From a virus, in IMG/VR virus record IMGVR_UViG_3300000318_000002, positions 20,814 to 84,813 of that record: DNA of 64,000 nt; one strand, given 5' to 3'. The position numbers and the translations under genes are program-made. A model generated the notes under the pieces. The model made no database searches. It was given only the letters and a program-made list of their open reading frames with translations, and was not told the origin of the DNA. Shown here in pieces: positions 28,343-36,032 of this stretch (positions are counted from its first letter, which is position 1; every line of letters begins with the position of its first letter).

Positions 28343-29183
28343 TCTTGATGCAGATACGATTATTGATTCTATTTCGCAATCTTTGGGCAATTCAGATATT
28401 GACATTTCTTCTGCTGAAGTTGAAAAAATAGTTAATCATATCGACAATTGTTTACCTGGATTGATAGGTCTTATTGTTTCAGAAGGTAAAGAATGCTGGA
28501 TACAAAAAGCAATTGCGGCTGGCGGTTGGGGTAAAAAATATGCAGAAGCAATAAGAGGAGAATCTAAAGGTTTAGATGGTACATTGTTTCTTGATGAAGA
28601 AATTAAAGATAAAGGCAGTAATAAAACTAATTTTATGTTTGCTATGATGATGGAAAAAGGAGTTTCGTCATGGTCAATAAAAGACGCACTTTTAAAAAGT
28701 GAAAAAGCAAAAGATGGTTTTGATGGTAATGGAAAAGCTATCCGATATATTGTAATCCCTTTACCCGTTTCTACACCGAGAAAAGAAGGTCAAGGAACAA
28801 TGTCTAGCGAATTTGGTGGTCGTGAAATGACCAAAGAAATGTACAAAATAGTAAAATCAGGTGAACGTCTCGGTTCCGGATCAGTAGACGTAACAACAGT
28901 ATCCGGAACAAAACAAGTTAATATCTCTGGACTTACAAAATTTAAAACAGCTCAATTGCATAGTGGATATGGGATTTTTCGTTGTGTCACTTCCAATTCA
29001 AAAGGATGGCAATATCCGGATGTTTCACCAAAACCAATTTTTAAATCAGTATGCGATTATATGGATAGACGGATTCAAGAGATAATGATAGAGTTTTGTT
29101 CACAGATCGTTAAGGAATATACAGGGAAAGAAGATTACGCCTATAGCAGAAATAGGAATTCTTTTATTTTTTACCTTCCTTAA
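28332..29183 (+). CDS. putative neck / virion morphogenesis protein
   Basis: Start MILDLD; MMEKG...WSIK..LL.S.KAK..YIVIP...TP and FRCVTSNS.GWQYP resemble myophage neck-region proteins. Confidence 0.55.
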   Translation: MILDLDADTIIDSISQSLGNSDIDISSAEVEKIVNHIDNCLPGLIGLIVSEGKECWIQKAIAAGGWGKKYAEAIRGESKGLDGTLFLDEEIKDKGSNKTNFMFAMMMEKGVSSWSIKDALLKSEKAKDGFDGNGKAIRYIVIPLPVSTPRKEGQGTMSSEFGGREMTKEMYKIVKSGERLGSGSVDVTTVSGTKQVNISGLTKFKTAQLHSGYGIFRCVTSNSKGWQYPDVSPKPIFKSVCDYMDRRIQEIMIEFCSQIVKEYTGKEDYAYSRNRNSFIFYLP

Positions 29184-29394
29184 AAATATTCTTAAATCTG
29201 TTTATGTCTATAAGAGAAAAAATATCATCACTATTATTAAAATCATCTTCAAAGTCTTCCCAACTCGACCATACTGTTTGTTCGTTAAACGATATTATCG
29301 TTCCGCTTACAGTATCATACCATGCAAACTCGAAAATTCTATCTTCATTGTCTGCACCCCATATGTCATCTGTTAAATTTAAAAATCTTATCAT
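29164..29394 (-). CDS. hypothetical protein
   Basis: 76-aa acidic ORF, AAGGA RBS. Confidence 0.65.
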   Translation of the reverse strand: MIRFLNLTDDIWGADNEDRIFEFAWYDTVSGTIISFNEQTVWSSWEDFEDDFNNSDDIFSLIDINRFKNIFKEGKK

Positions 29395-29421
29395 TTTAAT
29401 GTCCTTTTAAAAAAATTATAT

Positions 29422-29667
29422 TCAATTAACATTTAACATGTAAACAATAATACCAAAAAATATTGTTGTGACAACCATACAAATCAGTGGGAGAATTATC
29501 ATCCATTGAGATTTTATAAAATCAATAATATCGTAAACCCACCACCGAATATCTCGGACATAACATGAATGTGTTCCTGCGTTTCTCGTCCTGATGCCCC
29601 AACATTTACCACATTCTTTGAAAAAAGGATGAAAATATATTTTCCCACATACAGAACATTTAAGCAT
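29422..29667 (-). CDS. zinc-ribbon membrane protein
   Basis: CSVC...CGKC and a C-terminal TM helix; AAGGAG RBS. Confidence 0.65.
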   Translation of the reverse strand: MLKCSVCGKIYFHPFFKECGKCWGIRTRNAGTHSCYVRDIRWWVYDIIDFIKSQWMIILPLICMVVTTIFFGIIVYMLNVN

Positions 29668-29688
29668 AATTTACTCCTTTATTTAATA

Positions 29689-30507
29689 TTACCATCTATC
29701 AAAAATCTTTATCCGGATATTCTCTCCGATTCGAGAAGGATCTCCACCATATAGATTGATTTTTGCACGAATTTCTTCGTTTAAAAACTTATAATGAGTA
29801 TTCGTCTTGTACGCTTTTATCTGAAAATAATCATTATGCCCAATACTCGATTTTTCTTTTTTCATTTTATTTATGATTGTTATATCGGGAACCTTTTTCC
29901 CGTCAAGAATATAACAAACTTTTTCAAGATCGTCTGTAATTGTTGGGCGATCATCATATCCAAAAATTCTACGATGATCCATTGCCCCCAAAATAAAAAC
30001 CTTATCAACACCGTTGTTGTTTCTTTTTTTCTTTGGGCTATTCCATCCACCGGTATGATATGTTTGTTCTGTTAATTCCGTAAATACTGTTTTGACTAAT
30101 GTTCTAACATTATCATAAATAAGAGCCTTTAACCCTTCAACCCAAGATTCTACATTCTCAATTGTAAATGGCGGAAAAACATATTGGTTGATATCATTGC
30201 ATAGTTTTTTGTATTCGGTGCAAAGCATATATTTCTGCAACCCAAATTGTCGAAGAATATACCACCATATAGTGCGGTCGATGTGTTTTTCTTCTCGTTG
30301 CTCCATATGCGGAAACCCATTTTTAAGATCAATAGGAGAATATCCATCAATTGATTTATAGATATCAGAGATTTCTTTGTCTTTATTCTGTATCTCATTT
30401 AAGCGTTCAAGCATATTTACTTTAAGCAAAAAAAGATCTTTTATCGTTTTGCGTTTCTCCGGTAAATTCTCTTCAGGATCTTCTATTGAATTATTAAATT
30501 GGTTCAT
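29689..30507 (-). CDS. DUF4942-like protein
   Basis: IDR.IW, PPFT.ENV, DDLEKVCYILDGK, YFQIKAYK.NTH pattern. Confidence 0.6.
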   Translation of the reverse strand: MNQFNNSIEDPEENLPEKRKTIKDLFLLKVNMLERLNEIQNKDKEISDIYKSIDGYSPIDLKNGFPHMEQREEKHIDRTIWWYILRQFGLQKYMLCTEYKKLCNDINQYVFPPFTIENVESWVEGLKALIYDNVRTLVKTVFTELTEQTYHTGGWNSPKKKRNNNGVDKVFILGAMDHRRIFGYDDRPTITDDLEKVCYILDGKKVPDITIINKMKKEKSSIGHNDYFQIKAYKTNTHYKFLNEEIRAKINLYGGDPSRIGENIRIKIFDRW

Positions 30508-30517
30508 TATGATATTG

Positions 30518-30805
30518 TTATCCTTTGTCTTTAAGGTTGCTTAATACTTTTATAATCTCGTTTTGCAACAGCACTCTTCTCATGGATAATATAATGTCAT
30601 CTGATAATTGATATTTATTCATAACTGACCATAAAATATCAATTTCAAAACATAGTTTTTGAACATCTTTTTTGTTCGATTGAGAATATTTTTCAATTTT
30701 ATTTTCAAGCCATTCAACATATTCTCTTGTATAACCGCCTTCTGGAAGATCGGCTGAATATGTTTCTTTTTTTGTTTCTTCAAAGTATTTTTGTGATAAA
30801 TCCAT
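30518..30805 (-). CDS. hypothetical protein
   Basis: Start at MDLSQK after an AAGGGGA RBS; YTREYVEWLE. Confidence 0.6.
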   Translation of the reverse strand: MDLSQKYFEETKKETYSADLPEGGYTREYVEWLENKIEKYSQSNKKDVQKLCFEIDILWSVMNKYQLSDDIILSMRRVLLQNEIIKVLSNLKDKG

Positions 30806-30815
30806 GATTATCCCC

Positions 30816-31034
30816 TTATTTCGATTTTTGTTCAAAATTAATGCATCCGAAATCTTCACTTACCATAAAATAAGCATCATATCCTTCGTAATCAGTATAT
30901 GTTGCACCGCTTGAAGGGGGATTTCTATCTTCAGAATATATGATTTTATCCGAAGCACATTCCCCAATAATTTTACCTAAATCTTTAGTTTTATCATAAT
31001 CTTGATGAAAAAACTCGCAATCTTGGCAATACAT
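30816..31034 (-). CDS. small Cys-containing phage protein
   Basis: MYCQDC...GEC...DFGCINFE. Confidence 0.7.
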   Translation of the reverse strand: MYCQDCEFFHQDYDKTKDLGKIIGECASDKIIYSEDRNPPSSGATYTDYEGYDAYFMVSEDFGCINFEQKSK

Positions 31035-31059
31035 AATATTATCCTTTTTTATTAAAATG

Positions 31060-31132
31060 CAGACCTGGCTGGACTTGAACCAGCGAGTGACGGCTTCAAA
31101 AGCCGTTGCCTTACCGACTTGGCGACAGGTCT
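31060..31132 (-). tRNA. tRNA-Gln(TTG), CCA not encoded
   Basis: Acceptor AGACCTG/CAGGTCT, D arm GCCAAGTCGGTAAGGC, anticodon stem ACGGC/GCCGT with loop TT-TTG-AA, T arm GCTGG-TTCAAGT-CCAGC. Confidence 0.92.
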
Positions 31133-31218
31133 ATTTTTTTGTATCTTCATACCACTGAGAATTATAATGATCATTGTCCATACGATAAGCGATAAGATCA
31201 AGCAAAAGATTGATTTTT

Positions 31219-31524
31219 TTAATGAGTTGCATGGGGAATCTCCTTATAAATTTTATTAAGTTCTTTGACAATTTGATTGTATCCATGATTTTTAATCCTA
31301 AATACAAAATCACTCATCTCTTCCCCTATATTAATACATTCTTTGTCGCGCGGATTTATACTGGAATATAAATCTTTTGAATATAATATTTGTGGATCAC
31401 GGATATCGAAATCCAATAAAAACCGGATATTATTCAATAATATATTAAAATCAGCACTTTGCTTACAATCATTTGCATCAATATATTTCATTTCCATCCA
31501 TTTCATAATATTATATTTCTCCAA
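31219..31524 (-). CDS. hypothetical protein
   Basis: ORF in the minus-strand cassette; start uncertain. Confidence 0.5.
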   Translation of the reverse strand: MEKYNIMKWMEMKYIDANDCKQSADFNILLNNIRFLLDFDIRDPQILYSKDLYSSINPRDKECINIGEEMSDFVFRIKNHGYNQIVKELNKIYKEIPHATH

Positions 31525-31989
31525 TTACCATTTAAAGTTTACTGATTTTAATTCTGGTAAATTCCTTACTTCTTTAGGAATAAACAATCCGTCCAAAAAC
31601 CAAAAATATATTTTAGAATCCATAGCAATGATAGCCTTTTTTCTTGATTCAATATAATTTGATTCTATTTCGGTAAGTGCCAAAATAGCTTCCGATAAAA
31701 TTTTTGATTGAGATAAGTTTTCAATTGATCCGGAAATCATTGTCCCTTGTTCCTTTTGTGGATAATAAGATTTTTGGATATCAATAATCCTTATACGTTG
31801 GTTTTGAATAGAATCATATTTTGCACTTAATCCCGAATAATCCCTTACTCCAGAACAAATTGTTATAAATAACAGTATACCAGTAAGTAAAGAAATTATG
31901 AACCAAGAAGCCGCATAATCTTCTTCTGATGATAAAATTGATTTAACAAACATAACAACAAACGCTATAAATAAAATTACATAAAACAT
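31525..31989 (-). CDS. membrane protein with coiled coil
   Basis: Two N-terminal TM helices; AAGGA RBS. Confidence 0.65.
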   Translation of the reverse strand: MFYVILFIAFVVMFVKSILSSEEDYAASWFIISLLTGILLFITICSGVRDYSGLSAKYDSIQNQRIRIIDIQKSYYPQKEQGTMISGSIENLSQSKILSEAILALTEIESNYIESRKKAIIAMDSKIYFWFLDGLFIPKEVRNLPELKSVNFKW

Positions 31990-32001
31990 AAATATCCTTC
32001 A

Positions 32002-32346
32002 TTATTTTATAAACATAAAATATATAGATCCGGCAATAAAAATAAAAAGCAATGACCAAAATGCTCTTTTATAAAAAGTATAAAAAGAATTTTTATCTAT
32101 TTCTTGACTAAGTAGTTCCCGTGTGCTGTTATGTATTATTTGAAGATCTCTTATTTCTCTATTACATACTTCAACCGCTTCTGCGATTATGGCATCTTCG
32201 GAAGAAAAAGCTTTAATTTCGTAAAAAAAGCTATAGTCCTTTCTTATTACTAAACTATAGGTATGTTCCTTTTTGTCAGCTTCTGCCGCTTTCTTTAAAA
32301 GTTCTTCATGATCTTCATACGATAAAATAACCTGTTTGTTGTCCAT
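32002..32346 (-). CDS. coiled-coil protein with C-terminal membrane anchor
   Basis: Start at MDNKQV after an AAGGAG RBS; C-terminal TM helix. Confidence 0.65.
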   Translation of the reverse strand: MDNKQVILSYEDHEELLKKAAEADKKEHTYSLVIRKDYSFFYEIKAFSSEDAIIAEAVEVCNREIRDLQIIHNSTRELLSQEIDKNSFYTFYKRAFWSLLFIFIAGSIYFMFIK

Positions 32347-32570
32347 TTTAAATTCTCCTTTTATTTTAGTAAAACTTCCGCCGGACTCTTTGCCGACTGT
32401 CATTGGTTCCACATTGTTACCAAAAACCGCCTTTTCCTTTCTCAGGTAGTCATACTCCGATATGATCGCCGCACGTTATGGAGTAATTACGTATCGTCAG
32501 CGTCCCGGTCTCGTTATTTACTGCACCAATTACCGAGCGTTTATCTGGATGTGCCTTCCAGAGAGCCATT

Positions 32571-32689
32571 TGAACGGGGCAGGATTCGAACCTGCATGGC
32601 ATGTTTATGGGAGACCTCTTTTACACATACCTTACTGCTGTTAGTACCGCCCACAGACTATTAGCGTCTACCAATTCCGCCACCCGTTC
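32571..32689 (-). ncRNA. 119-nt tRNA-like RNA: Leu-type body, non-canonical anticodon arm, oversized variable arm
   Basis: Acceptor GAACGGG/CCCGTTC + A, D arm GGCGGAATTGGTAGACGC, T arm GCAGG-TTCGAAT-CCTGC; about 68 nt between D and T arms. Confidence 0.75.
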
Positions 32690-32831
32690 TGATATACCCA
32701 TATAACTCTATTTAACATATTTTTTGTCAACATTTTTTTTGCTAAAACCAATTTTTTTTACATTTTTAATTAAATCTTGACATATACGCTCCCTTTTGCA
32801 TTGATTTATCAACCATATAAGGAAGGTTTTC

Positions 32832-35800
32832 ATGAACAAGTCTCAAATAAAAGCACTTATCAGGAAAAATATTAAGATAGATAATCTTGAAAAATCAAAA
32901 GAAATGTTAAAAAATCAATATAATATATCCTTTGGGAGATATGAACCAGAAGAAATCAGGCAATCTCTTATAAAGGGACTACCGGTTCTCGTACAGGATC
33001 ATTTTATTATAGGAATGGACGAAGCAAAACAAAACACTTTTGAGGATACCGACGGAAAAGTTTTTAGTATAGATGTCCCTGTAAAAGCAATTATTGTAAA
33101 TGATGAAATAGATCAGGACGATATTGATGCCTCAACAGATAATTTTGCAATCATCGGACGCAATGAATGGAAAACGCCGATTAATGAATTTGATAATATT
33201 ATTGCACCGCTTAGAAATGGGAAACCTTTTCTTCCGAAAACTCCTGTTATTTTTAATTTTCTTAATCTTACAGATGAAATAAAAAAAACAGATATTGTTT
33301 CTAAAACTGTTGGAGCGCAAATTTATCTTTATGATAAAGACGGATACATCGATAATGCTTTTCACGAGATAGGTCATATCTTTTGGAGAACCCGATTGAC
33401 CTATGACGAGCAAGAATTATTCCAGGAAATCTTTGATAGTGGAAAACTTTCGAGTGCCATTTATGAATACGAATGGGAAAAGAAATCAGCAGAAGAAATT
33501 TTCTGTACAGTTTATAAATGGTATTTAAAATCAATTCTGATAAATACATCTTTCCGTAAAATTCTTTCTTTTGAAGAACCAGACGGATATGATCTTATGG
33601 TTTCAATTGTTCAGCGTATTGGAGAAGACAATATCAGGTCGGATGTTTGGGAAAGTGTAGAAGACAAGGTTAGAGAATACCTAAATCCTCGATATGATAC
33701 AACGACAAATAGTTTTATCCGTAAACGTGGTGATTTTGATGCTATCAAAGATGTCGAAATACCTTCAGAACTTTTGGAAGATATTTCTTCAGTTCAAGAT
33801 GGAATAAAATATGTTAATCTATTTAAAGGTAAAAATCCTGTTCCCGTAAAAGAATATTCTATTGATTTTGTAAGGGCAACCGAAGATTTTACTAAAAAAC
33901 TTGAGAAGTCGCGTCCGATTATCCCCGCTGGGAAAGAAGTTTTGTACATGGATATGGACGGAGTTATCGCAGATATAGGAACAGGATATAAAGAGTTGTC
34001 CGGACGTAATATCTTTAAAGATGATACTTTTACTGTTCGACAGACGATAGGTTTGATCCCTCATTTTTGGCGTAAATTGCCCGTCCTTCCCAAAGGGAAA
34101 GAGCTTTACGATATGCTCAAAGATTATTACGCTATTATATTTCTGACAACTCCGATGGATTCTATAGATTCTTGTAAGATGGATAAAATAGCATGGGCGA
34201 AGCAGTATTTCCCTGAAGTTAAAACAATTCTATTCAGTGATAAAAAAGAAGAATACGCAGCGTCAAATAAAAGCGTATTGATAGATGACTATGGTAAAAA
34301 CGTAAAAGCATTTAATGATGCCGGAGGAAGTGCTATAAATTTCAAAGAAAAAAATACCGAAATAGTATCGCAGATAAAAGAAATATTTAATCCTAAAGAT
34401 GAAATTGCTGAAATAAAAGAGCAATTAAAATCTATGCAAGTTGATCCTTCCCCGTTCGAAGCACAAAAGAAAACGGGAAATTATAAAAAGGGTAAAATAT
34501 TATTCAAAGGGCTTTCTCTTATAATCGAAAATCCGAAAGGATCTATCCGTTTTGGTCGCGGATCTGACGGTAAGCGTTGGATGAATATTATGAAGGCACA
34601 CTACGGATATATTGATACAAAGCCAGGAGAAGAAGGTGCTGATGGCGATAAAATAGATTTCTTTCTTGGTGAAAATTTATCAACAAATAAAGTGTTTGCC
34701 ATAAATCAGGTGTGTCCGGAAACGGGGATGTTTGACGAAATCAAGTTGGTTATGGGTTGTAATACCGCCGAAGAAGCAGAAAAGCTATATCGATCATGTT
34801 ATTCTAAAAACTGGACCGGATTTGGTTCAATAGTCCAGACGAATACAAAGGGCATACGAGAATACATCCAAAACGGGTATAGATATGAACCTTTTGGGGA
34901 TAATTTTATAGAGCAAGAACCGCTACAAAAAGCAACATTTTTAGAAATGCTAAAAGCCAGAATTACAAAATATGTAAGACGTGAACCAGACGGTAAAGGC
35001 GGATGGAAGTATTTTTATAAAAACAATATAAAGAATAATACAATCCAAAATCAGGAAGAACATAAAGATAGAAAAATATCTCAAACCGAAACTCCTGAAT
35101 TTAAAAAGTGGTTTGGGGATTCAAAAGTTGTAGATAAAAATGGTAAACCCTTAATCGTTTATCACGGAACAACGGCTTCAAATATTAAAGAATTTAAACC
35201 TGAGAGATTACACGGACGAAATGGAATTTATTTTACAGATAAACAGGAAGAAGCCCAATTATATGGGTCAAATATAATAAAAGTCTATGTAAAAATGGAA
35301 AATCCCAAAATTTTTGATGCTGAAGGTAAATCTTTCAATGATATTTTTGACAAAATTGAGCCACTATTAAGATTCTTAGGCAAGTTTGAGAATGATGGTA
35401 TAATTATAAAAAATGTATATGATTCCCCTTCCGGGAAGAAGGAGGGGCGAAAATCTACAACATTTATTGTAGATGATGCTTCACAAATAAAATCAGCAAC
35501 AAATAATAATGGTAATTTTGATCCGAATGAATCTGATATGACAAAAGCACACGATTCTTTTGATATTTCAGATAAAGAAATTGTACAATCCTTGGATCAA
35601 ATAAAAAAAGAAATAACCGTCAACCATGATTTTGATATTCCTTATTTATGCGGATACAGCAAAGACGCTAAAACAATTTACATCGATAGACATCTTCCAA
35701 AGATGAAAACACGTGGACATTTTGATTCTGATGATGCTCTGATAATGCACGAAGCTACTGAAAAGGCAATGGAGAAAACATATCATCTGGAATATGCCAA

Positions 35801-36008
35801 AGCTCACCAGATCGCATTACGTGCCGAAAAAGCATATGTAGAATCTCAAGGTATTTCATGGAAAGGTTATAATTCCTTTATGCAAAAGTACATTAAGAAA
35901 GCTGGAGATGAGAGACTTACGGAAACTCCTAAAAATCTGGATTTGCAACCATATCGTAATTGTCATGATTATTCCGAGTTGACAAAAATTTCAAAGGTGC
36001 AAAAGTAA
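32832..36008 (+). CDS. polyvalent multidomain protein 1: HExxH peptidase, HAD 5'(3')-nucleotidase, pyrophosphatase-like, ART-like, HExxE domain
   Basis: FHEIGH; YMDMDGVIAD..LIDDYGKN; GNYKKG..IENPKGS.R..HYGYI..GADGD.ID; TPEFKKWFGDSKVVD.NGKPL.VYHGT..QIKSA.NNGNFD; IMHEATE. Confidence 0.8.
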   Translation: MNKSQIKALIRKNIKIDNLEKSKEMLKNQYNISFGRYEPEEIRQSLIKGLPVLVQDHFIIGMDEAKQNTFEDTDGKVFSIDVPVKAIIVNDEIDQDDIDASTDNFAIIGRNEWKTPINEFDNIIAPLRNGKPFLPKTPVIFNFLNLTDEIKKTDIVSKTVGAQIYLYDKDGYIDNAFHEIGHIFWRTRLTYDEQELFQEIFDSGKLSSAIYEYEWEKKSAEEIFCTVYKWYLKSILINTSFRKILSFEEPDGYDLMVSIVQRIGEDNIRSDVWESVEDKVREYLNPRYDTTTNSFIRKRGDFDAIKDVEIPSELLEDISSVQDGIKYVNLFKGKNPVPVKEYSIDFVRATEDFTKKLEKSRPIIPAGKEVLYMDMDGVIADIGTGYKELSGRNIFKDDTFTVRQTIGLIPHFWRKLPVLPKGKELYDMLKDYYAIIFLTTPMDSIDSCKMDKIAWAKQYFPEVKTILFSDKKEEYAASNKSVLIDDYGKNVKAFNDAGGSAINFKEKNTEIVSQIKEIFNPKDEIAEIKEQLKSMQVDPSPFEAQKKTGNYKKGKILFKGLSLIIENPKGSIRFGRGSDGKRWMNIMKAHYGYIDTKPGEEGADGDKIDFFLGENLSTNKVFAINQVCPETGMFDEIKLVMGCNTAEEAEKLYRSCYSKNWTGFGSIVQTNTKGIREYIQNGYRYEPFGDNFIEQEPLQKATFLEMLKARITKYVRREPDGKGGWKYFYKNNIKNNTIQNQEEHKDRKISQTETPEFKKWFGDSKVVDKNGKPLIVYHGTTASNIKEFKPERLHGRNGIYFTDKQEEAQLYGSNIIKVYVKMENPKIFDAEGKSFNDIFDKIEPLLRFLGKFENDGIIIKNVYDSPSGKKEGRKSTTFIVDDASQIKSATNNNGNFDPNESDMTKAHDSFDISDKEIVQSLDQIKKEITVNHDFDIPYLCGYSKDAKTIYIDRHLPKMKTRGHFDSDDALIMHEATEKAMEKTYHLEYAKAHQIALRAEKAYVESQGISWKGYNSFMQKYIKKAGDERLTETPKNLDLQPYRNCHDYSELTKISKVQK

Positions 36009-36032
36009 ATTTGTAAAAGGACGTAGTATCAC

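Noticed and set aside
31131-31313. 60-aa minus-strand ORF
   Set aside because: Overlaps 31219..31524 by 95 nt and abuts the tRNA; no convincing RBS.
32440-32500. Hammerhead ribozyme suggested by minus-strand CTGACGA followed by a stem
   Set aside because: The required GAAA after stem II is absent.
32462-32644. Plus-strand 60-aa ORF, and the 22-aa N-terminal extension of 32002..32412
   Set aside because: They overlap the tRNA-like and structured RNA region and lack an RBS; the AAGGAG RBS supports a start at 32346.
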